A DNA stretch of 63,614 nucleotides, counting the filler, from Choristocarpus tenellus KU-1152 (lineage: Eukaryota > Protista > Phaeophyceae): the NCBI GenBank assembly GCA_964200185.2. It is 10 parts of 10 records of this genome, joined end to end, with 100 filler letters (N's around TTAATTAATTAA, not from the genome) between each part and the next. Parts side by side here need not be neighbours in the genome. Positions count along the whole stretch, not along the records: positions 1 to 5,013 come from CAXNAD020012165.1; positions 5,114 to 9,209 come from CAXNAD020016235.1; positions 9,310 to 11,903 come from CAXNAD020026445.1; positions 12,004 to 17,047 come from CAXNAD020012064.1; 6 more parts are not named here. The stretch is one strand, 5' to 3'. Shown here in pieces: positions 1-12,555 of this stretch. The notes beneath the pieces are model-generated. The model was given only the letters and a program-made list of their open reading frames with translations, was not told the origin of the DNA and ran no database searches. Each line of letters begins with the position of its first letter. Within the stretch, counting starts at the first letter, position 1. Both the position numbers and the translations under genes were made by a program.

Positions 1-727
1 TGTAGGTTATGGGTGTGGAGAGGGGGGGTGGGGTTTTTTTTTTTTTTTTGGGGTTGTGGGGGGGGGGGGGGGGGGGGGGTTAATCGGGTTATTATTATTT
101 TTGGCATTGGGTGCAGTTTTTTGGATTGGAGGGTGATTGATTGATCGGTGAATTGATGGATGGATGGATGGATGGATTGCCTGTGGGAAAGTAGGCAGTC
201 GCCTCCTATGTGCACGTAGCGTGTGCCTGTTTAATGTGAGACAAAGGTGTTGAGTGGGCATGGTATGTTGTATAGGGTTAGGGTTATAGGGTAAAGTGGC
301 GCATTTGAGAGGGAGAGAGAGAGAGACGTGCTTTGTTCTTGTTCCTGAGTTTTTTTTATGCACTTTTTTTTATTTCAAGGGGTGCAAAAAATATATATAT
401 ATATATATATTTCCGTTGAGGAAATGGAGCGGGGACTGGAGTGATGCGATGATGAAGCGAAATGTACACGCCTGGTTTGGTGTTTAATCCTCTACGGTGG
501 CGATTGAGCTCTGTGTCTGTATAATCTATTGTTAAATGAGTACGGTATTATTTTTTTATCGTTCTCTCCGCGGGTTTAATGCGATAGAAACGCCTGCGTG
601 TCTAAACGTACCCCCACGGGGAAAAAAAAAATGCTTTGTTTTGTGTCTCTCTATTGTGTTGGCACCTCTATGCCAATCATGTGCTCCTGTGCGGCGGCGG
701 CGGCTTGTCTGTTTTGTGAGAATGCAG

Positions 728-3700
728 GTTGGTGACGGGACTACCTCTGTTGTACTCTTGGCCGGAGAGATCCTTAAGCACGTTAAGGGCTTTGTGGAGG
801 ATGGGCTGCACCCTCAGGTGAGGGATTCTTTTGACCCGAGGAAGCGGTCTTCGCCTGATCGTCACACACCAAGGAGAGTAGTGTAGAGCAAAGAGCAAAA
901 ACTAGGGTTAGGGTTGGCCCGCGCTGAAGCGGGTAGATAGTCTGTCTCTATTGGTAAAAATAGGGAGGTGTAGTGACGGAAGGCGTTTTGCGGAAATTTG
1001 GTCCCTGACGATGGCGAGGAGTTTTTGTTTTGTTTTTGTCCATGCTGCCAAGATAGATATGGATGGATGGACACTACTGTAGAGTGTGTGTGTGTGTGTT
1101 GGATTGGAAATTGGTTGGCACATGCATGTGTTTTTGTTGTGGGTTTTAAATGGGTGCAAAGGGCCTTACCTCGTTGAGGTTCAGAAAAGAACAATTGTTT
1201 TGTTCTTTTGTTCGAAAAAGAATAATTTTGCCGTGTAGAACTGCTATATCTTTTCGTCCGTGTTCATTACTTTGTGTTACCGATTTCTAGTGTGTTTGCT
1301 AATTTTATGCTCACCGCCAGACGCACGTACGCACGCAGTCGAATTGGAGAGGAATCGGAACGAAAATTCAGAGGACTGAGAGGACCCCCCGGGGGGGGGA
1401 CTTGATTGGTTTGCCCTTGAGCTTTTCTCCTCTCACCCCGCCTCTAGAGCTCTCCCAAGCAATTCTCGGTTCTGGTCCTCCATATTTTTGATGCGAGCAT
1501 CGTAGCACCGTGATTGGTTTGACCCTCTTTGTTGTGTGTGTGTGTGTGTACGTGTGTGTTCTTACATGTTGGCAAAAAAAATGTGTCTTTTTTTCTTCTT
1601 TTTTTTTAAGGAGATGAACCTACTGTGTAATTTATTTATTTATTGGTTGGTGTTAACACAGTTGTTTTGAGTGTGTCAAAATATATATATATTTATGTTA
1701 TGTATATGTTTTCTTCACTGTTAAAAAAAAGAAAAACGTGATGTATTATCGTTTTCATTACCGGGTTAGGGTTACAGGGGCTTCTTTTTTTTTATTGATG
1801 CACTCGTTGATTTTGGTGTTACGGTAGTATCGTGTTATTTGATTTAACAAATTGATCTTACCGTTATTTGAGTTATTTGAGATGAGTCTGATGGTGATAA
1901 GATGTCATCAGCGCAGGGTGACTGACTCAGTCCGAGGGTAAGGATTCGTTTTGTTTTCCATTATGTGGAGGCGTATCCCTTGTGCTTTTTTTATTTTGAG
2001 GGGGGAGGGGAGGGTTGCTTGCTTAATAATAGTAGCATGATTTTTGAATGGTTATGTATTAATTCTTTGTTAATATTAAGCAAACAAAAAAAGAATGAGC
2101 AGATTTTATGCAAAAAATAATGGAGTACAGTCTCTATTATAAAGTACAATAATGAAATTAGATGCAACCCTTTGTCGAAGTGATACTTTGTCGTTTTTCT
2201 TCATAAACTGATCTTAAAAAATGAATAAATAAAATCGACGATTGTGTAAAAAAAAAAAACTGGAACTGTTGGATTGTTAATACTACTCTCGTTACCTCTT
2301 TTTTTGTTATTAGTGCTCGGCATCTTGACCTGTTTTCTCCATCTTTGTGCACTTCGTTCATCAGGTGATCTGTAGGGGACTCAGGAAGGCAGCGGCGGTG
2401 GCAGTGGCTCGCCTGGATGCCCTCTCTATAAAAGCCTCAAGCAATGACCAGGTCTCTTACTTGCCTCTGTGTGTGTGTGTGCTACCCTAACCCTATGCCT
2501 CTAAACAAACAAAAACAGAAGTGTTTATTTCAAAATATATATTTATTTTATTTTGCACTCGCACGAAATGAGAATGAGTGAAAATCGGAAAATTTTGGGA
2601 TGAGGTTTTGTGTTTTATGTATGTGTATATGTGTGCGTGTGTGTTTGTGAGAGAGAGAAGATTAGTGTTCTGGTAGATCCCGGAAGAGAGGTTTGTTCTT
2701 GCCTACAATTTGTATATGTGTATGCCTGTGTGTGTGTGTTGAAACATTTGATGTTGTTGCTCCCAGAAAATAAAAGGCGTAGTGTCAGTGGTGTAATAAA
2801 AAAAAAAACTAACAAAAAGAACTATTTTGGTAGAGTGTACTGCCAGTGTTACTACTGTCGTAACTACTATCAAGTGTAACACTATCAGGTGAGAAAAACG
2901 AAAAGAACATAAATATAATTTTAAAAATAAATATAAAAATAAAAAGTAACTAAAAGAAATCGTTCTGTGCGTGTGCACCTTGGCAGGCGAAGCAGGTGCT
3001 GGAGAAGTGCGCAGGAACGGCACTGAACTCAAAGCTGATTGCCTCACAGAAGAGCCTGTTTGCCCCCATGGTGGTGGAGGCGATCACGCACCTTGATCAG
3101 CAGCTCCTTGATCTCAGCCTGGTGTGGTGAACAAGCTCTTGCGTGGAACGTTTTATTTTTATTTTATTTATTTATTTATTTTGAGGGTGTTGTGGGACTT
3201 GATTGAGGGTGGTGGGGGAGGGAGTGCTCTGGTGGTGGTTGTTCTTCCTTTCATGGTAGTGATGATGCAGTTTGGATTGGGTTGGGGTTAGGGTTAGGGT
3301 TGGGTGTTTGGTACACTGCGGACACTCTTTTTTGGTGTGTTTTATCTTTTTTGTATTTGAGTTGTGGTTGTCTTGGAGTATTGACGTGATGAGTGTGTTT
3401 GAGTAGAGGCATTTCGTTTGGTTGTGAGACTGGAAAAAATATATATATTTTTATGTACTTTGTAACAAGGTGTAGGTAGGAGTAGGAGTAGTGTTTTCTC
3501 AAGTGTTACATCCTGCTGAAGCACTGCTTATTGTTGTTGACATGATGTCACCTATCCCTCTCTGTCTATCTCCACTATATGTATACTTGCACATTACGTA
3601 GTTTATTTCTGTTGAATATTTGTATTATTGTTGGTACTCTTGATGATAATGATGCGTATATGAACAGGTGGGTGTCAAGAAAGTGGGAGGCGGTTCTGTA

Positions 3701-3835
3701 ACCGACAGCTTCCTGGTGGCCGGGGTGGCCTTCAAGAAGACCTTCAGCTACGCTGGCTTTGAGCAGCAGCCCAAGAAGTTCGAGAATCCTGGTATCCTCC
3801 TGCTCAATGTGGAGCTGGAGCTCAAGAGTGAAAAG
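728..3835 (+). CDS. CCT7: T-complex protein 1 subunit eta (CCT7), partial; exons 728-817, 2365-2451, 2987-3121, 3668-3835
   Basis: Four AG|exon|GT segments, all phase 0. They translate to [30 protein letters not shown] / [29 protein letters not shown] / [45 protein letters not shown] / [62 protein letters not shown] is the chaperonin ATP-binding motif and [17 protein letters not shown] is characteristic of the eta subunit. Confidence 0.96.
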
Positions 3836-4049
3836 GTACGAACTGTGTATTATATTTCCATTTATTTATATACTTTTTTATGTGCATAAAAAAATGAGTG
3901 CTTTGCTTCTCCGGATACAAAAACGCACACGATAATACAATAAAAAAATAAAGAGTAGTTACACCTTTTGTGTAGAGAGTGCAGAGTGGTGTTCTATACT
4001 TCACTTACGCTCAACAGTAGAAGGAAATTTTAAAAAATGTAACTGTAGA

Positions 4050-4652
4050 TGCATGTTTTGTTTTTTTAATCTGTATGTGGTGCGAACAAATGCAATTACA
4101 CAGTTTGTCCTTCTGTCTGATATTTATATTATTATATTTATATGCTCCCTTAGTCCCGTAAAGTCTGTGCCTTTACGCATGTACCTCTTTGGGATGATCT
4201 CCGATTTAGAAGAAGAAAAAAAAAGCTGATTTTTGCATTGGATTCCTTGACGGGGGTTTTTTTATCAGAATACTTCTTTTCATTTTTTTTTCTTTCAGTC
4301 AACGCCTTCCTTCTTGTGGTTCTATGCCCCAACTAACTTCTTCTTACATGTTCCATATTTTCGCAGCATTTTTGGGGCATATATTTCTTTCAAATATAAC
4401 TCATCTTACATGGGGGAAAAAAAATACGAGGAATACAAAGCAAAAATCCGTTTTTTTTTTTTAATTGGAGGTGGTCCCGAAAAGGTACATGCGTAAAGGT
4501 ACAGACTTTACGGGACTAAGGAAGCATATAAATATAATAATATAAATATCAGACAGAAAGACAAACTGTGTAATTGCATTTGATAAAAAAAAATAAAGGT
4601 ATTGCATTTGTTCGCACCACATACAGATTAAAAATAAAAAGAAACACATGCA
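4050..4652. mobile_element. Foldback/MITE-like element with ~210-bp imperfect inverted arms in a CCT7 intron
   Basis: ~4050-4265 is the reverse complement of ~4415-4652, e.g. ATCTGTATGTGGTGCGAACAAATGCAAT vs ATTGCATTTGTTCGCACCACATACAGAT, and CCTTAGTCCCGTAAAGTCTGT vs ACAGACTTTACGGGACTAAGG. Confidence 0.75.
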
Positions 4653-4658
4653 ATATAA

Positions 4659-4838
4659 GACTGAAGTATCTGAGGGGGGGGGGGTGGTGGCTGTCCATTC
4701 AGCGCCCGTTTTTCCATGTTGCGATTTTTGTGTGATTTGGTTGCGTGCATCGGATGGATGATGTTAATACACTTCTCCAGGTCAGGGCCCGATTGGACAC
4801 CCTGGTGTAGACCTCCCGCCCCTCAGATACATTGATTC
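4659..4838 (+). mobile_element. Short MITE (~180 bp), sister family of the 260-bp MITE
   Basis: Inverted ends GTATCTGAGGGG (4666) / CCCCTCAGATAC (4830). Further copies at 41604-41761 and 56399-56447. Confidence 0.7.
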
Positions 4839-5013
4839 TATTTGCATGCGTGTATATGTGTAAAAAGAAAAGCCTAGGATGTTTCATTTGGCTATGTGGA
4901 AGAAATTTCATTGCACTGATCGCATTCTGTAGTGACTGCAGCTCTGCCTCTTGATGATTTTTTGAGTCGGTGCAAACATGAAATACATTTTTATTTTTAT
5001 TTTGGGGAGGGGG

Positions 5014-5113
5014 NNNNNNNNNNNNNNNNNNNNNNNNNNNNNNNNNNNNNNNNNNNNTTAATTAATTAANNNNNNNNNNNNNNNNNNNNNNNNNNNNNNN
5101 NNNNNNNNNNNNN
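5014..5113. other. Artificial contig-joining linker N44-TTAATTAATTAA-N44 (also 9210-9309, 11904-12003, 17048-17147, 23396-23495, 41762-41861, 51707-51806, 56299-56398, 60291-60390)
   Basis: The same 100-bp structure occurs nine times, and the 12-mer places a stop codon in all six frames. Confidence 0.98.
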
Positions 5114-5467
5114 CTACCCCCTCCTGGAAACACAAAACTATTTGTTGGCAGACACTGGTGACAAGTGTTGCCACGTTCACACATGACTGTGTCGATATCA
5201 GGGTTCACTGCTTCATCAGTCACCAAGAATAGACATACCGAAACTCAAAACGCCGCATACACACCCCACAACCAATGCATCCCTCCCTATTGGGTGATGA
5301 TGCTGTTACCTGACCACACCCCCGCTTGTTGTTAAGGCCTCTCATGCTATTCCACAGCCCACTGTTTTTCTACTCACAGAGGTCCCCTGAACGAAATTGT
5401 GGTCGACCAATTTTGCTACTCTGGGCTGCAAAAGATGAGGGCTTACCGCTGTCTTCAATGTGCAATC

Positions 5468-5572
5468 ATTAGTGAGGATTGATTGATCTCGTACCACTAT
5501 ATTAGTGAGGATTGATTGATCTCGTACCACTATATTAGTGAGGATTGATTGATCTCATACCACTATATTAGT
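5468..5572. repeat. 33-bp minisatellite, ~3.2 copies
   Basis: ATTAGTGAGGATTGATTGATCTCGTACCACTAT at 5468, 5501 and 5534 (one substitution), plus a partial fourth unit. Confidence 0.95.
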
Positions 5573-6094
5573 CTCCACTCGCATACATTCACTTCACTTC
5601 AAAAGAGTACAACTCAAGCCTGACAAACTAAACTCTTCACACACACCCCAAGCCAACACAGGGTTTCATTTTTGAGCAAACAAAGTAATGCCGACCCTTT
5701 GCCATCCCCTCACAGTTCGGGTCACCTACTCCACTATGAATCTTCTCAATGAGCACCGCCTTTCCCCCATGGCCCCTCTCCTTTGGTCTTCAGCTTGGTG
5801 TACGTCTTTTTGAAATAGACGCCTACAAGCCCTAGGAACACCTACTCGTAGGCTTCTAATCCACCCCCAACTCAAACCTGAAAACTATGTAAAAAACAAA
5901 CAAAATATTGAGAAGAAAACAAACAAAACATTAAAAATAAAAAAAAATCCAAGACAATCTTAAATACCAAAAAGGGGAAAGATGCACTGTACCACAGCTA
6001 CCCTAAATAAAATATGCAAGGTTTCACTTTTTTCCCCAGCCCCACCACCCAACCCCTCCCCTCCCATCCCCCTTCTCAAGCTTATCAAACCCAC

Positions 6095-9021
6095 CTGCAC
6101 CGATGCCTCAAGGGTTTGCCGCAGCAATGCCGATAGCTCCTTTTCATCATCCCCCTTCCCTCCCTTCCCCTCCCGCCTGCCGCCTGGCTCAGCAAAGGGT
6201 GCATAGCGAACATCACATTGCACCTGCCCCATCTCACTGAAGGAAATATCTCTCCCAGTCTGTGCACGCGGCCCATAAATTCCACATATTACCTTTTTAC
6301 ATTTTCATGTAACAGTGCAGGGGAGGGGAGTTAGGAAATATCAGTATCACAGCCTGTAAGGGATAGGGTGAGTGGTTGCAATAATGTCAAGATTGAGGGA
6401 GCAGAGAATTCATTCCGACGACTCAATGTGACATTATGCTATCTCATTTGAATATTTGTTGCCTATTGAAAATTATTCCCCCATCCCCCTACCTTTCTCT
6501 ATCACTATCTAAGCATGTTTACAACCTCTGTCCCGTGCCATTCTACAGGGCATGGGATCAAGAATCCAACAAAAGTGGAATGCACCTACAGCCGGGGGGG
6601 GGGGGGGGGGTAGGCAGTAAAAAAAGTCCCGATTTTTTTTCAACCCAGCAACAAAAAAGATTTTTCAAGAGGGTTGCAGTGCCNNNNNNNNNNCATCCTA
6701 CGGGCCAGGGCATAAAGAACCAAAGAAAGGGGGAATCCACCGACGGGCGGGGGGGGGGGGGGTTAGGCAGTATATAAAGTCACGATTTTTCTTCAACCCA
6801 GCATCAAAAATGATTGTGCAAGAGTGTTGCAGTGCCCAAGTGTGGTAGTGTGGCTGATGTGTGTACCCCTCCACAAGCACATAGTTAAGAGATGTGGGCA
6901 GACTGTACAGGTCATGAGAGGGGGGGGGGAGTGTTCCAGTGTTCCAGTATTCTAGTATTCGAGTTCTTAGGGCACCTTCAAAAAATAGACAATTGAAGCA
7001 GGATTTTGGGACTGGAGGTGGTATGTGGGACAACTGAGCAGGTGCCACAGGGTGTTATAGGGTCATGAAATATGAGGTTCTAAATGTATATACAAGAAGG
7101 CGCACAGCACAGTCTGAGATGTCAGGTGTGGGGTTTGTCAGCTCTAGGTTGGAAGGGGATTGAAATGAGGAGATTGCCGATATTGTGTCTGGGGTGGGTA
7201 TATATGAATACATGCTGGGGTGACCAAAGAAAACAATATCAGAGTGGGAAATACCACCAACAGGACTGTGAAGGACAGCAATGTGTGTCAGAGCAATGGG
7301 CCGTGGTTGGCATTTGTTCATTGAGAGCTTGATTGCAATGATTTATGCTCCTTGCCATGGAGTTTGTTCCACACAAGTTTTCTTTTGCCATGGATGGCAC
7401 TGTGCACTCGTACAACATGACTATGGCAAAGGGAGATTTCTGTCTGTTCTCTATCTCTCTTTGGGCAATATATGTAACATAATCAAAATCATTACTATCA
7501 CCATTTCAATACAACTGAGGACACCAGAACCAGGTAGTGTTTGCCACATTTCTCATTCATAGCTTCACAACAGAGGATTGAGAAGAACACTCCTACGCCA
7601 GTTACCCAATCTTCATCCTGTTTGGTTTAATCCCCACTAATGGAAAATCATAGTTGGGTGCTGCCTCTTGAACCTGAAAGAAAATTGAGAGAACATACTG
7701 GGAAACATTTTCTTTTAGGCGTTGTATATCTGCAGCGCAATGAGCGTGTTATTGTACATATAGATAAGTGGAAATGACACGTTTGCTCCAAACAACACCC
7801 CCCAAGCCCTGGCATTGTTGCAACATGACTTCGACACCACTCTCCTTGAAAAATATTTGTCCACGAACCATATTTTGTTTTCAAATTCCAAGGGAAACTA
7901 GGAGTATTTGGGCACCCAACCACCCAACAATCAAACCAAAACGAACAATTCAAGAGTGTTGTGGCAAGTACCCGACAGCGGTGAGCCATATCTCAGGCAC
8001 GTTCCACCTTGGTATGATTAAACTCGACGTACGCCGACCCAGTTGTGTGAGCAATGACGCCCACATCCATATACACCTGGAGCAGGTAGCGTCCGTTGGC
8101 AGTCCAGTGTGACCCATATGCAACACAGGTGACAAAGCAGGGCAGCAAAAGAGGGGGAAGGCAACGCGGATAGAGGATACAACACTCAGCACCAATTTTC
8201 CAATTGTTGATTGTGTCTTCCCCCAACGTGTCTGATCCTCGAACGGCCAGCAAGATTACATCGACTCCTGAATGGAATAGCCTCGGCAGTGGAATGATGC
8301 CGTCGGTGCATGAATTCGAGCTGATCTTTGACTCGAGTTGTTCAGGTACACGTGAAATATGAACCTTCCAAGTCCACAACATGCAACTCTCCCAAGGAAC
8401 AGAAACACCAAAGACAACGGGTTCAACGGGACTGCTGTAACAGCATAGAGTACCACTGTTCACGTCGAGACAAGAAAGTCCAGCACCAGCGTAGTGTCCC
8501 AAAGAATGCTCACAAGTGTGAATTCCAGTTGGACCTCGTAAATCTACAGGGGATATAGTTTTGTAGGTCGACAACAATCATCGACAAGTACAAACTAATC
8601 ATTAAGTACAGGGAGAATAAGGGAAGCGCATGCGGTAGTATCCAACATAGGTAAAAGGCAGAAAGGCCTGGAAGCACCTAGCACCAGCCCGAACCATGAT
8701 CTTAGACTACTGTCCTGGCTTCACCTACTACCTTCTGTGTTGGGACAGCGCCCTGGGCAATACCAAGGGTCTCAAGTAGATACATTTCCTATCTATGCTC
8801 AATATTTGTAACCAAGCTTCCTGAAAACAAGTAACAAAGTCAAGGCTTCTGTACACCACCTGTCGGATATCGAAAGGCCCTCGCCCGTCTCCTCGTTTCC
8901 CGTTCACAAGAGCTACGGTTGGCAGTACTTTCGCCTCGACGTTTTCTTTTCCATACTTTCCATCACCTGCGCCTTTTGCGTCGTCCGGCTTTACCCGTCT
9001 TGGAGTATAGCAGTTCAGCAT
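6095..9021 (-). CDS. Exosome complex RNase PH-like subunit (MTR3/EXOSC6-like, RRP41 family), 5' part; exons 9021-8860, 8076-8008, 6292-6095
   Basis: Phase-0 GT-AG exons give M...KRGDGRGPFDIRQ / VYMDVGVIAHTTGSAYVEFNHTK / VICGIYGPRAQTGRDISFSEMGQVQCDVRYAPFAEPG...DDEKELSALLRQTLEASVQ. These contain the R-x-DGR, GSAYxEFxxTKVI and YGPR RNase PH motifs. The N-terminal extension and CDVRYAPFA favour MTR3 over RRP41. Confidence 0.9.
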
Positions 9022-11863
9022 AGTTGGTGGTGAGGTTATAGGTTGTTAGGGTTCCCACCAATTTCCATACTTTCAAAAAAAGTCAACTTTAGAACTATTA
9101 TTATTACTATAATTTAAATTACTATTTTTTTCTATTATTGATATTATTACTATTTTATTATTATGCCCTCTGACATTTTGCAGATGTGTCAGGGGGAAAC
9201 CAATGAAAANNNNNNNNNNNNNNNNNNNNNNNNNNNNNNNNNNNNNNNNNNNNTTAATTAATTAANNNNNNNNNNNNNNNNNNNNNNNNNNNNNNNNNNN
9301 NNNNNNNNNACTTTCCGCGCCCAATTTCGGTCAAACCCATCCTCCATGAAATGATCCATCCGCCATTATCATGATCCGCTGTTTTATGGAGAAAGATGTT
9401 GCCATGAAGGGAAAAAGAAGGAGCATGCAAGGAAAAGAGAGTGCAACAAGCATGACAACAACAGAGCCTGTATTGCTTGTGGCTAATGCCTTGTGATACA
9501 CTAATGAATGCTAGTTGCAGTAGTCGTGGCGTATTTAAAAAGAAATATAAAAAATCTCCTAATAATGTACATGCTGTATTAAGGTGAAACTATTCCTACT
9601 CTCCCAGTAATAAGGTAGTCAATAGGGAGAGAATGTTCCCATGTGCCTGTCAAGCCCCGACCAGCCCTCTGGCCTTAAATGCAGTGCATGCCTTGGAATC
9701 GGCTCTTCATGTTCTGTGACTCACACAATACTATGTGGTAGGTTGATTTCACTGCTCCCTTACTGCTACCCCCCCCAGCCCCCCAGTACCACCCACTATA
9801 TGAGTGGCTAGCTCATCCAGGAATTGCTCTAATTGTTATGTGCTAAGATGCCCTAAGCTTTCCAACGCTATTCGCTTAGGTTAATACGATGAGGGTCAAA
9901 GATTGCTCATAGTGCAGCGATTTCGAGCCTGCTACATCTATCCCCATCTACAGCCGCAGGAGGAGTGACACTATTTTTTGTATAGTATCTTGAAGGTGGC
10001 AGTCCGCTTGTAAGCAGTAGATCCTTTTCCCTTTTCAAATGGGAGTGGCTATGTTGGACATTAGTACCCTCACATGGTTTACCTCTGAAATGTTCAATTC
10101 AGCATAATAGTAATAGTAGTTGTAACTAGTTGTGGCGCTAGGTAGCACTACAGGGCGGATGTGAATATGGTCAATTTCTTCTATGATGTACAAATCACAA
10201 TCTTGTGCACGAGAAACAACAGTGTAGTAGTACTACTAGTACTTAAGTAGTGACAATGTGTAGAAGAAGCTTCCACTTCTACTGAGATTTTCCTATCTTG
10301 TTGGTCCACGTACACACAGAGGTCCCTTTGCAAGGAAACAAAGCAATAGGGCCATGGGATGCTGCTCTAGGCGCCGAGATCCTCGTTGTTGGAACGTACT
10401 TTGACTTGTTGGTGACACAACTGGATTGAAATTTCTCTCTGTTGAGACAACTTGGTTGGGATGAGTGGGCCAACGAAATTTCTCCCCTTCCTGTCCGCGG
10501 CGGAGGAGGTGCGTTGCATGAGGGGAGATGCTACCACTGCTACAGATCCCTCCTTGGTTGGCCCCAAAGTCTTGCTTGTCGTGGCAGGTGTTGCAGTTGT
10601 TGAGGCTGATGTTCCACTTCCGACGTACTTCATCTGTCAAACCGTTTAGATATTTGGAATTACCTGTACTTGCAAACCGCTCTGCATATTGCTCTGGTAG
10701 GTGTCGGTAATTTCAGTCAATAGAGATGGGAATGAAAATGCCTTGAGTGGTCTTGGTCTTACCCTTACTCTGGGGTCGCTGTGATATTCCGAAGGTGACT
10801 CAAAGATCAATAAAACAACATAGCCCCAGCTTAGCGATGCAGTAACAGATGCTGCCTATGGTGGTGAAGTCGATACTATAATGCTAAAGTATATGGTACT
10901 GGCACTAGTCCAGGGATGGTCGACATTGCTCAACTGTCCAAGCTCATCCGTCCTATTGACTAGTTTGACTGGTTCCCTACATTGACCTCGAAAGCTATCA
11001 CGACGCCTCACTGTATCCCAAGGTGTGCCTCGAACCTGGCCCTTCGGGACGTGTCGGCGGAGTAGCGACTGCAGGGGACTTTTACACCCTTTTCCTAAGA
11101 GATGAAAGCGAGTTTGCTGGGCAATACCACGACACACTTGGGGACAGGTGAAATGATTTGGTGCAAGTGTGGCACTGTTGCATGACACATGTAATGACAC
11201 CGGTTGCTATGACGAGGCTATTGGCCAGATAAATAATATCACCTGTTGCTTACACCCATGAGTTTATGCTCCCCTGTCCTGGTGAACGTACTACTCTCGC
11301 CTGGGGTGGTGTGTTGATCCTTACAAGTTTTGCCAGATTTGCGTGACCTTCAACTACGCGTATGGACGACAGAGAAAGAGAGAGGGTTGGTTGACGAGGG
11401 GAGGGGAAGTTAGCACTGAATACATGGGCAGGATAAGGGCGGACCAATGCGTTGGTGTTCACAGCAAAAAATTGACCTCAAACTCATTGTGCAAACTGCT
11501 CTTGATGTGTTCTTGTCACTTGTGTGAAGTAAATTATGTTCATTCTTGAAGAGTTGTAGAAGCAGTGCCATTGCCACTAATCTGCATAGGGTATCCATAC
11601 CATTTGCTTGTATCGGCACACCGGCACTATAGTAGGATAGAAAATGCCTCTCATTGGTTGAATGACTAACACCGTCCACACTGGACTTATACAGCCTCTT
11701 TGCATATTTTCTTGAATGAGTTGCTGCTGATTGATCATGTGATGTGCATGCTACGAGATTCCTGGTCTTCCTAGACGGAACCTGCTATATCTCTACTTAC
11801 GCTTCATGAGTGGTTTTGTGCGCATGTGTTGATCGCTCGAACATTCCCGAACCGCTTGCCAAT

Positions 11864-11903
11864 GAGCCAAAGTATCTTAGAGGGTAGAGCCGCGTCCATT
11901 TGG
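11864..11903 (+). mobile_element. 5' end of a 260-bp MITE copy, cut off at the contig end
   Basis: GAGCCAAAGTATCTTAGAGGGTAGAGCCGCGTCCATTTGG matches the terminus of the other copies. Confidence 0.85.
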
Positions 11904-12003
11904 NNNNNNNNNNNNNNNNNNNNNNNNNNNNNNNNNNNNNNNNNNNNTTAATTAATTAANNNNNNNNNNNNNNNNNNNNNNNNNNNNNNNNNNNNNNNNN
12001 NNN

Positions 12004-12260
12004 GTATATGATGGGATCTAGTTCCTCTTCATGATCTTGTCTGACAGAGAGGTCCATGCCAGGGTCCAGTGGTGTAAATCTTTCTCGCACTTCCATAGAG
12101 CCCATACCGGCCACGACAATACTTTCTGCATATAGTTGTTGGTCCAGAGCATCTTGTGATGCCATCTTCACCCACAATGATGTTCACTCCAACCAGCTTG
12201 TCTAGCATACCTAGATCTCGTCCCTCGCTTTTGCATAGAGATGTCAAGAAGATGATAGAT
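12004..12260 (-). mobile_element. Copia-type LTR retrotransposon reverse transcriptase remnant (frameshifted)
   Basis: Two overlapping frames read RDLGMLDKLVGVNI and LDQQLYAESIVVAGMGSMEVRERFTPLDPGMDLS. This matches the Copia RT pattern DLG...LG+.I...L.Q..Y...I+...GM......TP+.PG..LS. Confidence 0.7.
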
Positions 12261-12453
12261 TGCAGTGATTGAGCGCCAGTGCACCATCTCTTGGGAGGGA
12301 AACAACAATGGCAATGTGATCTCCAAACATCGTAACAGGACTGGTGCAGTCAAAGCTTGCACCCATCACAGTACATGACCAAGCTGGGCTCTTCAGAAGT
12401 CCAATTGAAGCACGTCATACAGACCAATAATGGTTTAGTTTTGTCTGCCGCAG

Positions 12454-12555
12454 GTCTGTATGGTGTACCTCGATGGGACTTCTGAAGAGCCTGATATTAT
12501 CCTGTATTGTGATGGGTGCAACTTTTTATTGCACAGGTCCTGCTACAGTGTTCAG
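12454..12555 (+). pseudogene. Degenerate PHD-finger exon (BRPF/JADE/AF10-type PHD1)
   Basis: After GCAG| the frame reads VCMVYLDGTSEEPDIILYCDGCNFLLHRSCYSVQ, matching C-x2-C-x-DG...I+.CDGCN..VHQ.CYGV except that the second Cys is Tyr. No neighbouring exons were found. Confidence 0.6.

Noticed and set aside
1882-1930. Possible intronic C/D snoRNA in CCT7 (TGAGTC-TGATGG...CTGA-CTCA)
   Set aside because: The C box is imperfect, it is only ~45 nt, and it has no recognisable rRNA guide.
5468-5572. CRISPR-like array of 33-bp repeats
   Set aside because: The units are contiguous with no spacers, there are no cas genes, and the context is eukaryotic.
6540-6838. ~150-bp direct duplication around a 10-N gap
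   Set aside because: Both copies flank a scaffolding gap, contain a poly-G run and differ by noisy substitutions, which is typical of overlapping low-quality contig ends.
7993-8577. 194-aa ORF as a stand-alone gene
   Set aside because: Only 8008-8076 is recognisable (MTR3-like exon 2); the rest is intron read-through.
10279-11780. Cluster of short ORFs in contig 9310-11903
   Set aside because: No recognisable domain or consistent splicing; left unannotated.
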